Shown here: piece by piece, positions 1-12,039 of the stretch
Layout: every line of letters begins with the position of its first letter
Position numbering within the stretch: the first letter of the stretch is position 1
From: Diplonema japonicum
Lineage: Eukaryota > Protista > Euglenozoa: Diplonemea
Direction: 5' to 3'
NCBI GenBank assembly: GCA_964019335.1
Contig: OZ025732.1
Location: forward strand, 1 to 64,000
DNA length: 64,000 nucleotides
Notes under the pieces: model-generated
The model's database searches: none
What the model was told of the DNA's origin: nothing
What the model saw: the letters and a program-made list of their open reading frames with translations, nothing else
Position numbers and translations under genes: made by a program

Positions 1-1650
1 TTGCGGGTTTGCGGGTTTGCGGGTTTGCGGGGTTTGCGGGTTTGCGGGTTTGGGTTTGCGGTTTGCGGGTTTGCGGGTTTGCGGGTTTGCGGGTTTGCGG
101 GTTTGCGGGTTTGCGGGTTTGCGGGTTGCGGGTTTGCGGGTTTGCGGGTTGCGGGTTTGCGGGTTTGCGGGTTTGCGGGTTTGCGGGTTTGCGGGTTTGC
201 GGGTTTGCGGGTTTGCGGGTTTGCGGGTTTGCGGGTTTGCGGGTTTGCGGGTTTGCGGGTTTGCGGGTTTGCGGGTTTGCGGGTTTGCGGGTTTGCGGGT
301 TTGCGGGTTTGCGGGTTTGCGGGTTTGCGGGTTTGCGGGTTTGCGGGTTGCGGGTTTGCGGGTTTGCGGGTTTGCGGGTTTGCGGGTTTGCGGGTTTGCG
401 GGTTTGCGGGTTTGCGGGTTTGCGGGTTTGCGGGTTTGCGGGTTTGCGGGTTTGCGGGTTTGCGGGTTTGCGGGTTTGCGGGTTTGCGGGTTTGCGGGTT
501 TGCGGGTTTGCGGGTTTGCGGGTTTGCGGGTTTGCGGGTTTGCGGGTTTGCGGGTTTGCGGGTTTGCGGGTTTGCGGGTTTGCGGGTTTGCGGGTTTGCG
601 GGTTTGCGGGTTTGCGGGTTTGCGGGTTTGCGGGTTTGCGGGTTTGCGGGTTTGCGGGTTTGCGGGTTTGCGGGTTTGCGGGTTTGCGGGTTTGCGGGTT
701 TGCGGGTTTGCGGGTTTGCGGGTTTGCGGGTTTGCGGGTTTGCGGGTTTGCGGGTTTGCGGGTTTGCGGGTTTGCGGGTTTGCGGGTTTGCGGGTTTGCG
801 GGTTTGCGGGTTTGCGGGTTTGCGGGTTTGCGGGTTTGCGGGTTTGCGGGTTTGCGGGTTTGCGGGTTTGCGGGTTTGCGGGTTTGCGGGTTTGCGGGTT
901 TGCGGGTTTGCGGGTTTGCGGGTTTGCGGGTTTGCGGGTTTGCGGGTTTGCGGGTTTGCGGGTTTGCGGGTTTGCGGGTTTGCGGGTTTGCGGGTTTGCG
1001 GGTTTGCGGGTTTGCGGGTTTGCGGGTTTGCGGGTTTGCGGGTTTGCGGTGGGTTTGCGGGTTTGCGGGTTTGCGGGTTTGCGGGTTTGCGGGTTTGCGG
1101 GTTTGCGGGTTTGCGGGTTTGCGGGTTTGCGGGTTTGCGGGTTTGCGGGTTTGCGGGTTTGCGGGTTTGCGGGTTTGCGGGTTTGCGGGTTTGCGGGTTT
1201 GCGGGTTTGCGGGTTTGCGGGTTTGCGGGTTTGCGGGTTTGCGGGTTTGCGGGTTTGCGGGTTTGCGGGTTTGCGGGTTTGCGGGTTTGCGGGTTTGCGG
1301 GTTTGCGGGTTTGCGGGTTTGCGGGTTTGCGGGTTTGCGGGTTTGCGGGTTTGCGGGTTTGCGGGTTTGCGGGTTTGCGGGTTTGCGGGTTTGCGGGTTT
1401 GCGGGTTTGCGGGTTTGCGGGTTTGCGGGTTTGCGGGTTTGCGGGTTTGCGGGTTTGCGGGTTTGCGGGTTTGCGGGTTTGCGGGTTTGCGGGTTTGCGG
1501 GTTTGCGGGTTTGCGGGTTTGCGGGTTTGCGGGTTTGGGGTTTGCGGGTTTGCGGGTTTGCGGGTTTGCGGGTTTGCGGGTTTGCGGGTTTGCGGGTTTG
1601 CGGGTTTGCGGGTTTGCGGGTTTGCGGGTTTGCGGGTTTGCGGGTTTGCG
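1..1650 (+). repeat. Telomere-like 8-bp tandem array (TTTGCGGG)n, about 205 units
   Basis: Nearly perfect 8-bp period. The few variant units cluster in the first ~150 nt, with others near 345, 1050 and 1537. The array runs off the window start. Confidence 0.95.
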
Positions 1651-3372
1651 GCCGAGATGAAAGCAGCCAAGGAGAAGAAGGCTACAGCCACAGCCGCTGC
1701 AGCTGAGAAGAAGAAAGCCGCAGCTGCCACCGCCGCCGAGAAGAAAGCAGCAGCTGCCACCGCCGCCAAGGAGAAGGCCACCGCCGAGAAGAAAGCAGCA
1801 GCCGCCGCCACCGCCGAGAGGAAGGCTGCAGCCGACGCCACCAGGAAGCAAGCTGCAGCCACTGCTGCCGAGAAGGAGACTGCAGCCGCAGCCGCCACCA
1901 CCGAGGAGAAGAAGAAGGTCGCAGCCACCACCGCTGCTGAAAAGGAAGCCGCCACAGCCGCTGCCAAAAAGGAGGAAGCTTTGAGGTTGGTGGCCACCAA
2001 GAAGGCAGATGCCCAGAAGGTCGAGGACGAAGCAGTCGCGAACGCTTCCACCAACGCGTCAACAGACCAAGGCACACTCCTCCTCAGCTCAGACTCTGAC
2101 ACCAGCTCTGGCCCTGAGGAGATGGAGGACGACCCTGCCCCTGCCCCTTCCACAACCCCGCGATGGGACCTGGTGCCAGACACATGGGACGCCCCGATCT
2201 ACACCAACGTGTCCCCCCTGATGGAAACATCCCGCGCTGTCATTGCATTAATGCAGACGACGGAGAGACGCGGGGGGTACGCTTATGTACCCATCGTGGC
2301 GGAAGGGAGGGTGGATGCCTATTGGATTGTGGGGACACTGGGTGGGTTGTCTCTCAGGGTGGCACACCATAAGGGATGGACTGTGCAGTGCCTACCGGAA
2401 ACGGAACAGTGGCTCCGGGAAACCCTCACAAAACTGTGTATGAAGCGCAAGTTTTTGCTCACTGGAGCCCTGCTGTCCATCACCAGGGTGGCCTTCGACG
2501 AAGTGATGGACCACATCGGTTGGAAACCATCCTCCGTCCTGCGGCGCACGCAGACGATGTTCCAGGGCACGAGGCAACTCGTGTTCTTCATCGTCATCAA
2601 CAGCCTGCCCCCGAAGTCCAGGACGTGGCTCCTTGGGGGGCGCCTTGTCTGCCTCCGTGATGCGGACAACCACCCGACCGTCAAGCCGCCCCCTCTCATC
2701 AACAGGACAACACCTGCATCTGCACCTGCGCTTGCAACGTCCTCAACCCCAGCACCCACATCTTCTCATGTACCTGCACCTGCGCCTACTACACCTGTAC
2801 CTGACCCGGCACCTGTATCGGCATCGACACCCTCGGAGACTGGCCCTGTGGTGAAAGCAACTGGGCTTCCTCCCACCAGCCCGTGGGCGTCCATACCGAG
2901 CTTGGTGGCTCCCCCCCAGCTCGACACTGTGACGTCCCCTACACCGCCCCGCAACGTGTCTGCGGGAAACAAGGAGGGAGTCCCTTCCAGGTCGCCTGAG
3001 GTCGCCACTCTCACTGAGCTCGTCGCCACGCTGAAGGAGTCGATCGTTGGGCTGCAGAGGACGATCGACTCTCAGCAGGAGATGATCTCCGATCTGTGGA
3101 CGACGCTCTGCCTCCTCCTGCTGCAGGCAGCCACGCTGACGACGGGAACGGCAGTGCCGCGGGACCCTACACCGGGGGCGACGACAACACACGACAGTGT
3201 CTGGAAAGGGAAGGGGAAGGGGAAGAAGGGGGCTCCTCCTCTCGCTACGACCTCTGAGGCTGCGGTGACGAACCTGGGTACGAGGGGGCGGGCCAGGTCG
3301 TTCGCAGAGACCAAAGATCTCTTCACCAATGGGGTCAAGGGGCGCTCTGCCTCCATGGGTCCATCCAATTGA
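1651..3372 (+). CDS. ORF1 (gag-like) of LINE family A: A/E/K-rich coiled coil, globular core, Pro/Thr linker, second coiled coil
   Basis: Open frame 1 up to TGA 3370-3372; position directly upstream of the pol ORF. Confidence 0.65.
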   Translation, partial: AEMKAAKEKKATATAAAAEKKKAAAATAAEKKAAAATAAKEKATAEKKAAAAATAERKAAADATRKQAAATAAEKETAAAAATTEEKKKVAATTAAEKEAATAAAKKEEALRLVATKKADAQKVEDEAVANASTNASTDQGTLLLSSDSDTSSGPEEMEDDPAPAPSTTPRWDLVPDTWDAPIYTNVSPLMETSRAVIALMQTTERRGGYAYVPIVAEGRVDAYWIVGTLGGLSLRVAHHKGWTVQCLPETEQWLRETLTKLCMKRKFLLTGALLSITRVAFDEVMDHIGWKPSSVLRRTQTMFQGTRQLVFFIVINSLPPKSRTWLLGGRLVCLRDADNHPTVKPPPLINRTTPASAPALATSSTPAPTSSHVPAPAPTTPVPDPAPVSASTPSETGPVVKATGLPPTSPWASIPSLVAPPQLDTVTSPTPPRNVSAGNKEGVPSRSPEVATLTELVATLKESIVGLQRTIDSQQEMISDLWTTLCLLLLQAATLTTGTAVPRDPTPGATTTHDSVWKGKGKGKKGAPPLATTSEAAVTNLGTRGRARSFAETKDLFTNGVKGRSASMGPSN

Positions 3373-3513
3373 AGGGGCCCTGCAGAACAGGGGGAGCAGC
3401 AGATCTACGACCATGCTCCCTCTCCTAGTCTCCCTCGCATCCTCCCCAGGAGACTCCTACCTCTCTGTTTCTTCACCGACTTTTCTGCACTGATCCCCAC
3501 CCTACTCGGGAGG

Positions 3514-6500
3514 ATGTCCGTCAGGGACCTGCTGGGGCTGCTTGGGCTGGTCGAAACAAACCCTGGCCCACCCAAGAAGCTGCCGCCCCCGTTGCCTAAG
3601 GGTCTCAAGGTTGTCTCGTGGAACTGCAACGGCCTCGTTGCGAAATGGACCGTCGTATCTCACCATGCTGACTTCTTGTCGCTGGACATCATCATGATAC
3701 AGGAGATGCACCTGAGGGAAGGGCACGACACGCCACACCTGCCTGGGTACAGGTCATACAGGAGGGATCGGTTGACACCGGTGACTGACGGCACTGCGAC
3801 GAGGGGTGGTGGTATTGTCACGTATGTCTGCGACGATCTTGCCTCGGAGGAGGTTCCGCACGTACTCCCGGCTGGGGACTGTGTCACTGAGAGACTGGAT
3901 GTGAGGATCTCCTGCGAGAAGCGTGAGCCGATCACTCTCTCCAACGTTTACCTTACACCGGTAAGCGCGGGCAGAGGCACGAGGGACCCTGAGTACCTGC
4001 GGCCTGGCAGCCTTCCCATGGGGAAGAACACAGTCATAGCGGGTGACTTCAATGCTCACCACAGCTCCTGGGACGCCACGGTGACGACGCCGAACGAGAG
4101 GGGGAACGTGGTCAGGGACTGGCTGGACACCCACGGGTACTCCGTCTACAACGACCGCAATGAACCGACGAGGGACTCGTCACGACACGTTCTGGACCTG
4201 GTTGTGGGGCGCTGCGCGAAGCTTGAGCCGAAGACGCTGGGCACGTGGGGCTCCGATCATAGTCCCGTATCCTTTCACCTGCCTCTTGAGGACGTCTACC
4301 GTTCGGAGCGCCCCTTCCCCACCTGGAATTTCAAAAAAGCCAGATGGGATGACTACACTGCTGCTGTTGCCCACCTGCTTGCTGGTGTTGACACGGCGGC
4401 TCCGATTGACTCTGTCACGAAGGGGTTTACACAAGCCCTTTTGACTGCGGCGAACGACCACATTCCCCTCTGTGGGATGCAACGTGGCCCGACCCCCTGG
4501 TGGACTGCTGAGCTCGAGGACGCCTTCAAAGAGTGGAACACCCTGCGCGAACTCCTGCTCCAAGAGGCGGATGTGGTGGAGGAGTACAGGGCGAAGGTGA
4601 AGGAAGTCAACCGACTCCTTGACGAGACGAAGCGTGAGGCATGGGGAAGGATGGCGGCCGACCTCAGCCGGAGCAAGGACCTCGGGGCTGCGTTCAGAGC
4701 GGTGAAGAAGCTGGATGGCAGGCACCGAAAGACACACCTTCCTGTACTCGAGGGAAGATTTGTGTCGGACAAGGCAAAGGCCGACCGGCTGGGGGTGCAC
4801 TTCGCTAAGCTCTACGGCAGGCGTGGTGACGGGAACTCGAAGGACGCTGCTCCTTCTGCAAGCAGACTCGGGTGTCAAGCGTTCACCGTGGACGACCTCA
4901 CCCGCGGCCTGAGAAGGATGAAGACGCGCAGCGCGGCCGGGGAAGACGGAATCTTCTCGGAGATGCTCCTACACCTGAACACGGACTCCCTTGGTGTCCT
5001 CCTTCTACTCCTCAATCGCTCCTGGCTGATGGGTGTCGTCCCCGGCACCTGGAAGAAGGGAGTGATCGTCCCGGTACCGAAACCTGGAAAAGATGCGACT
5101 CTCTTGGCTTCCTACCGGCCGATCTGCCTGACCAGCTGCCTCTGCAAGCTGCTGGAGAGGATGATCAAGGAGAGGCTCACGTTTCTTCTTGATGCGGACG
5201 GGACAGGAGTCGAGGGACTCCATGACAGCCAGGCTGGTTTCAGACGCAGCCGCTCCACGGAGGAGCAGGTGGCAACCCTCACTGAGTGCATGTCAAGGAA
5301 CAAAGACGATCGACGTCTCTCGGCCGCTCTGCTGTTCGACTTCTCTTCTGCCTTCGACCTGGTGCCCCATGGTGCCCTGCTGGACAAGATGCAAGGGAAG
5401 GGTCTCCCCGAACCCTTCGTGGAGTGGACGCGGTCCTTTCTATGCGGCCGTACTGCTGCGGTCACGATTGGACGGTCGAGGGGGTCGACGACGAAGGTGC
5501 GACGGGGTGTCCCCCAGGGCTCTGTCTTGGGTCCCATCCTGTACACCATCTACGTCGACGAACTCGCCAGGAGACTGGAGGGACTGGCGGACGTCTCAGT
5601 GCTCTACGCCGACGACGTGGCGGTTGTGATCTCCTCTGGACAAGGGGACGTGGCTGGGCTGGAGCGGAAGGCGCAGGCAGTGGTGGATGCGGTTGAGGAC
5701 TGGTGCAGGGAGCGTGACATGCTGCTGAGCACGTCCAAGACGCAGGCAGTCTGCGTTCCCCCCCAGAAACGTCTCAGGGTCTACTTCACTTCGTCACGAG
5801 TCCCCCTTCAGCCAGGTGCCTTCCAGAACCCACTCTTCGGCCTGGGGGTGAACGCCGATGGCACGATCTCCGGGGACCAGGAGCTGGCGGGCCTTCAGGT
5901 TGTGGAGGCGGGTGGTGTGCGGATCCGCTGTGTGCAGGACATGCATGCAGCCGTGCGACGGCCCGACGTGGACTACGTTGCAGCCCGTCCCCTGCCTCTG
6001 TCTGAACACGCGAGGTACCTTGGGGTTACAGTGGACTCTGGGCTCACGTTCGGTGAACACGCACAGGACATCCTACGGTGGGCCAGCAAAAGGCTGAGGG
6101 TGCTGAAGCTCTTGTCCAGCACGTCCTGGGGCAGCAAGAGGGACACTCTGCGGTCTCTCTACGTTACATACATCCTCCCGCTGCTGCGCTACTGCATGGG
6201 GGTCTACTACAGCAGGCTCAATGATGTCAGGAGGAAGGACCTGGCTGGGCTTCACCAGGAGGCGGCGGTGCTGATCACAGGCTGCTGGAGTGGCTCTGGA
6301 GGGTACAAGCTCCTAGCTGAGGCAGGACTGCTTCCCCTCAAAAGAATGGCTGAGGGTGCTGCAGTGACAATGACGGCGAAGGCCTTCTGCTGGCAGTCTT
6401 CCCCGGTTCACAGGGAGACGGTCAAGCTGAAGCAGGCGAACAGGCTGGGGTGTGGGTGGCTGCGCTCTGGCTACCAAGCACTGCATCGATGCGGGTTGGA

Positions 6501-7665
6501 ACCAAAGGTGCACTTCGAGTACCTGTTGGCTATGCCCCTGGCAGCCCCGTGGCAGACAGGCATGGTCGACTTCAGGACTGACCTCCCCGGCGGGGTCACA
6601 CAATCGTCGCCAGACGCAGACAGGCGGAAGGCGGCCGAGGCTGCTCTTGCGGCTCTCCCCCCAGGCATCCATGCCTACACGGATGGCTCGGTTGTACAGG
6701 TCGGACAGAAGGCGAAAGGTGGCTCTGGGGTTTATCTGCAGCTGCCTCCCCCCCTGACCCCTGTGTCTGTGTGCCATGGCGTCAACGACTTCTGTTCATC
6801 TTTTCGGGCAGAGGGCATGGCTGTGAAAACGGCGCTGGATATGGTGGCTACCCTCCGAAAAACACACCCTTCGCTGGCGAAGTCCCTGCTGTCGATCTGC
6901 ACTGACTCCCTCTCCCTCGTTGAGCAGCTGCAAGCTGGCCCAATGCGACAGAGGGAGAAGCTTGACCACCAGACGTGGAGCCGGCTGGTGTCCGTGGCGC
7001 GCACACAGGGGACACCAGTGGTCCTCCAGTTTGTGCCCTCCCACTGTGGGGTGGACGGGAACGAGAAGGCTGACGCTCTGGCCATGGAGGGAATGAAGTG
7101 GAAGCAGGACAGGCCCTCCCTTGACTACTGATCAGTGAGGGCCCTGGTGCGACAGTGGGTGGTGCAGAGGTCCGCGGAGCTCATAACATCCCTCGCCCAC
7201 AACTACGCGGTGGCGACCGAGCTTTGGTCTGTGCACTTCCCCCTTGGCTTCCCCAGACAAGCTGAAACGGTCATCTTGTGGCTGCGGATTGGTCACTCGG
7301 CTCTCTTCTTCGGCTTCCTGCAGACTGCTGGCCCGAACAGGAAGCACAAGGGTGTGCTCCGGTGCCCAGCCTGCCACGCAGCACCGATGTCCAGGGAGCA
7401 TGTTATCAGTGGGTGCCCTGTGATCAGGAGGGGGGCGATCAACACTCCTGCTGGTACTCCCTCCCTAGTGTTCTCCCTGTTGAGACGCGTGACCCAGATC
7501 TACGACCTCATTGTTGAGTCTGGCCTGCTCACCTGGTCACGCTCCAGACTGTTCACCTCGCCATCATCATCCCTGGCGTCTACAGACGTCACTGCACCTT
7601 CAAACGTGCCGCCTCCTCCTCCGGTCTCTCTTGACGCCGGTCCTGCAGCCCCCGTGCTGCGCTAA
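3514..7665 (+). CDS. Pol of LINE family A (APE-RT-RNase H-CCHC), interrupted by one in-frame TGA at 7129-7131
   Basis: APE: VSWNCNGL, IQE, GDFNAH, GSDH. RT: YRPICLTS, QAGFR, DFSSAFD, GVPQGSVLGP, YADD, YLGV. RNase H: YTDGS, AEG, TDS, VPSHCGVDGNEKAD. After the TGA, same frame: LRIGH and CPAC..EHVISGC. Confidence 0.9.
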
Positions 7666-8116
7666 GGGATCGCCCCGTGTGTGTGTGTTAAATGGAATGT
7701 TGTGTTTCCCACTTTCCTTTCCCTTCCTTCTCCTTCCTCTCACTGTTTCCCATTTCCCCTTTTATTTCACACTCACCAATGATTCGCTCAATAGGAGCAA
7801 TACCTCCCTGGGGGGCTTTCCGCCGGAGGTTCCAGCCAAAGAAGGACATCCAGCTGGAAGGTAGGCCCCCGTTTTTCTCTCACTTGACTGAGGGAATAAT
7901 GTAATTCAGCCCTCTTCGGCTGTCCCAAAGCAGAGCACGGGTTGGTGGGGGACCAGGGCTCCTCCTGCTTGCAGAAGCCTGGTCCTTTGCCCTCCCTATT
8001 TCCCCATGGTTTCCCTTCACCTTTTTTTTTTCCCCTTTTCTCAGGTGTTGCTCTCCATGGCGGCCCTGCATTGGTATTTTGAAAAAAAAAAAAAAAAAAA
8101 AAAAAGAGTTTTGAAT

Positions 8117-8198
8117 TCCTGTGTGGTAGAGTGGTTTCCGTGCTCACTTGTCAGGCCCCCTTGTTCCAGGAGTCACGGGTTCGAATCCCGACACAGTG
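8117..8198 (+). pseudogene. tRNA-like sequence (tRNA pseudogene or SINE head; possibly Asp-derived)
   Basis: A box TGGTAGAGTGG; T arm CGGG-TTCGAAT-CCCG; acceptor-like CTGTGT/ACACAG; T-run right after; anticodon arm does not fold cleanly. Confidence 0.55.
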
Positions 8199-8429
8199 GT
8201 TTTTCATCAGGGTTCAAACCCCACTTGTGCCGTGTTTTTTCCACCATAGCTGCTTCATTTTGTATACAAAGTAAGGCAAATCACCAAAAAATTTTTTATT
8301 ACAAAAAAAAATTCCATATGTCGAACATTGGGCCCCGGACGCAAATAAATCCATTCCAGCCCTAGAAAAAGCAATTAGAATTTTTTTTAGCTCTTCAAAA
8401 TGCGGGTTCTGGTGGGTCACTTAGTGAAT

Positions 8430-10076
8430 ATGGAGCATAGATAGTTAGATTAAAAGCCGAGAACGAATCGTATGGAACGACCCAAAGCAGCCGACAAGAG
8501 TTGTGAATACCTAGCGTTCAAGTCCTGACATCGTCATCGGACAGACAAAATGGCCGAGGAGCTGGGAGCACAGACAGGCAGCAGTGAGCATGGACGGGGT
8601 GAAGGGAACAAGAAAGAAGAGGGAGTGCCTCAGGGAACAGTACTCTCACCACTACTGTTCTTGTACTATGTAGACGACATCACAAGGACACTGGAGGCAC
8701 AAGGGAGCGAGATCCTGGCATCACTGTATGCGGACGACATGGCAGCGATTGTCACTGGAGACAGCCATGAGGAAGCGCAGGCAGTTCTTGAGAAGATAGA
8801 CGCCTGGGCGGAACACTGGGGACTGAAGCTGTCACGCAGGAAGACTTGTTACATGACAACAGGCGGCAAGAACAAGCAACAGAGCACACTGTACTTCATG
8901 GAGGGCACACAGAAGACTGAAGTGAAGTACAAGGAGAACCCCATGTTCCTAGGAGTCATATTTGACAAGAAAGTGACCTTCAAAGCACACATAAGTTATG
9001 TGAAAGGAAGGCTGAATGAGAGGCTCAAGGTGCTAAGTGCACTGTCAGACAAGGAATGGGGAAGCATGGCGTCCACACTCAGGACGGTATACCTGACGTA
9101 TGTACAGCCTGTCATGACATACGCACTGGGGATATACGGTCCGTCCATTACAGAAGGTGACGTGAAAGAGCTCCAAAAGATCCACAATGTTGCAGCCAGG
9201 TGCATCACCGGCTGCCAAATCTCTACCCCCGTTGAGACTCTCATGAGAATAGTGCAACTCTGGCCGATCAAGAGTCTGATATGCTGCAAGACCTCCATCT
9301 GGTATGAACGGTTCCAACGGATGGAAGGGACCAGTGGACACAAGGCAGCACAGGGGGCAGGGAAGGAAAATAGATCATGGCTCTACAAAGCACGAAAGAG
9401 GGAGGAAGAATTGAAGATGCAGCACCTAAGTCAAGCACCACTCCACAGGAAGGCAGCTGTACCTCCGTGGGAGTGGGGGGCACTCAAGCGACTCGAAATA
9501 AGGACAGAAGGCGATGGCATGAAGAAACTGGAGAAGTCGAAACAGAAAGCAGCGGCCCTCCAGGCGATCTCCAAACTGCCCAAGGCCGACATCACCATGT
9601 ACACCGATGGATCAGTCACAGAAGGCAAAGGCAGCGCAGGAATCCTGATGGAGCGAACGGGAAGTACAACGGAGCTCAGCGCAGGAGTCTGCGATCTCTG
9701 TGACAGCTACCAAGCGGAGATGACGGCAATCAGTGTGGCGCTCGCGAAGCTGGTGAAAGAAGACACACGAGAACAGCAGATCAACCTCCTGACTGACTCA
9801 ATGGCAAGCTTGCTGAAACTGAAACAGGGCCCAGCAAGGCAGCAGGAGGACATGGTGGCTGGAGTGTGGCAAGACATACACGCGCTGACGAAAAATGGGA
9901 ACTACCTCACATGCTGCTACGTCCCAGGCCACTGTGGACTAGAAGGGAACAAGAAAGCAGATGAGCTGGTGGAAAAAGGCAGGGAAGAAGAGGCAACCCA
10001 AAAGATCAGCATGGGCGCAGCAAAGAACCACCTGCATCAGACAGAGAAGCAAGACATAGCCTTAGACATTAGCCTT

Positions 10077-10119
<43 letters not shown>

Positions 10120-10270
10120 CCAAACAACCAGCAAAGCTTGTGGGTAGAAAACACCAGTACGGTCATGAGTACTCAGGCAACCGGGTGAGCGTCTCAAGAC
10201 ACTTCCAACCCACCTAGTGGGTACGGCCTTAGCAAGTCGAAAAGGAAGTGGAATTTAAAAAAAAAAAAAA
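8430..10270 (+). mobile_element. Internally deleted I/Ingi-like LINE (family B): APE remnant, RT C-half, RNase H, structured 3' tail and poly(A)
   Basis: ORF 8550-10217 has GVPQGTVLSP, YADD, FLGV, YTDGS, TDS, VPGHCGLEGN; tail 10149-10270. Confidence 0.85.
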
Positions 10271-10834
10271 GGTGATCAGCCACCAAGGTCACTGCAAATC
10301 GGGGAACTGCACAAGACGAAAGGAGCGAGCGAAGAAGGCAGGCGACCGGTAGACGATCGGCAACTGTCATCAGACGTGGGGCCATTACATACTAACACTC
10401 ACGCACCTTCCATGACAACCAACGCAGCACCTCCATCCTTCCGCCAGCCCCCCCAACCCAACTGACACGATAGAGCACAGGCCCTCCACCTGTTGGCTAC
10501 AGGTGGACCGCATAAGGTGCGACACAGCCTGATGAGGACCACGTACCTAGGGGTCGTTGTAAGGGACGAAACCGGGTCTGTGCTCTATCTAACCCGCACA
10601 CCATGAAAAACATAAGAACATAGTTCTTTCTTCTTTACGTTTCTTTCCATAGTTTCAAAAATAAGTTCCTGACAATCCGTTTTGGTTTTACCCCTTTGTT
10701 ATGTTTCGCTAATATTTTCCAAAAGGAACTTGCAACCCCAACCCCCCCCCTTTTTTTATTCAAACTGAATGCACTCCTTTAAATATAAAAAAATGTAAAA
10801 TAATAGTACAGGAATAAAAAATTAACGAATATTG

Positions 10835-11148
10835 ATTCCATTGGTGATGGGTGCAAAAATCTAGAAACCATCGACTTGAATGCGATGACCAATCTTTCTT
10901 CTATTGGTGATTACTTCTTGTCAGGTTGCGATAATCTTGAAACCATCAACTTGAATGGGATGACCAATCTTTTTTCCATTGGTGATGGCTTCTTGTCATG
11001 GTGCAGAAAACTAGAAACATCAACTCGTCTGTTGGTGATGCCTTCTTGTCAGGTTGCGAAAAACTAGAAACCATCGTTTTGAGGCACTGATACTTTTAAC
11101 AGGCTTTTTAAGGCTAGTGTACCACCTGGGGTAAGTATACAGAAATAA
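10835..11148 (+). pseudogene. Orphan LRR cassettes plus C-terminal cap of the Ubl-LRR family (no N-terminus, frameshifted)
   Basis: About 3 units of LETIDLNAMTNLSSIG..FL..C, followed by cap DNA encoding LETIVLR..VPPGVSIQK. Confidence 0.85.
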
Positions 11149-12039
11149 ATAAAAAAAAGTTTAGGGCATGCGGCTTTCGTCTCAGGGAGCTTGCATGTTA
11201 ATTTGAATTTTTTTTTTTGACCGAAGCCGCTGAAGGGAGATAGGGGCAGGTAGAAGAACAAGACAGGACGTCCCAGATCAGGGATTTCCTTTTACCTCTT
11301 TATTTTTTTCCCTCTGCAGTGGCACCTCCGATGAATGGTAGGAATGCACCAGTGCCCTGGTAAAAGGGTGGGGAGCCGCAGCGAATGTGAGATGTTGGTG
11401 AAGGTGTCCTTGATGGGTTTTTAGGGGTTATGGGCTGGGGGTTGCAGGTGGGTGGGTCGAGGCCAGGTTGGTTTGCCGATTGACATCCCACTGTGGGACC
11501 CGACCGATCTGTCTTCGTTTTTCCTTCTTTTTCGATTCAGTGTATTCTCTTCTTCCCCCCAGGGCTGTTTTCTTTTTAGTTTTTTTTTTTGTGGTTTTAT
11601 GTCTCTGTTTCTTTTTCACCTACTTTTATGAGTGTTATTATTTGTGGTCCTGTGAGTTTAACAAAACTGAAAAAAAAAGAGAAAAAAAGGGAAAAAATGG
11701 GGGGAATGCTGTGAGCGGAGAAGAACAAAAGTACTCGGGAAGCCCCAGCAAGGACGGCTTGCATATAACGAAACGCTGAAAGCAGCTGGGGACAAAGCGA
11801 GGGATGGATGACCACACGTAGTGCAACCTCAGGGGGGGCTCGGCGTGCAGGCCTCTTTGGATGACAGCGACCGATGACGATGAGGCCTCGGCCCCACCAC
11901 CCTGCCCTTCGGGCTGCACTGGGGCGTTTCTCAATTGCCTCTGGCAAACCTACTCAAAGCACTACTCCCTCACAGCACCCTTAGTTAACACTTAGCAAGT
12001 GACTTGCAGGCATCATAGGTAGCATGAAGGCGTGCAAGG

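Larger units (their letters stand above)
1651..8105 (+). mobile_element. Non-LTR retrotransposon, I-group / Ingi-L1Tc-like (family A), 5'-truncated at the repeat array; 3' boundary uncertain
   Basis: ORF1 remnant, then 2A-like peptide, APE, RT, RNase H and CCHC; pyrimidine-rich 3' UTR after 7665; A-tract at 8082-8105. Confidence 0.85.

Noticed and set aside
1-1706. Long ORFs of RVCGFAGL repeats in three frames
   Set aside because: Artefact of a stop-free 8-bp repeat
3370-7131. Genome-wide TGA reassignment or selenocysteine
   Set aside because: Trp is TGG throughout, TGA ends the CaaX gene at 55463, and no convincing SECIS is visible in the 3' UTR
11312-11392. HDV-like ribozyme, SECIS or C/D snoRNA in the repeated GTGGCTCCTCCGATGA block
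   Set aside because: No conserved P1-P3 upstream, SECIS helix does not pair, C box imperfect
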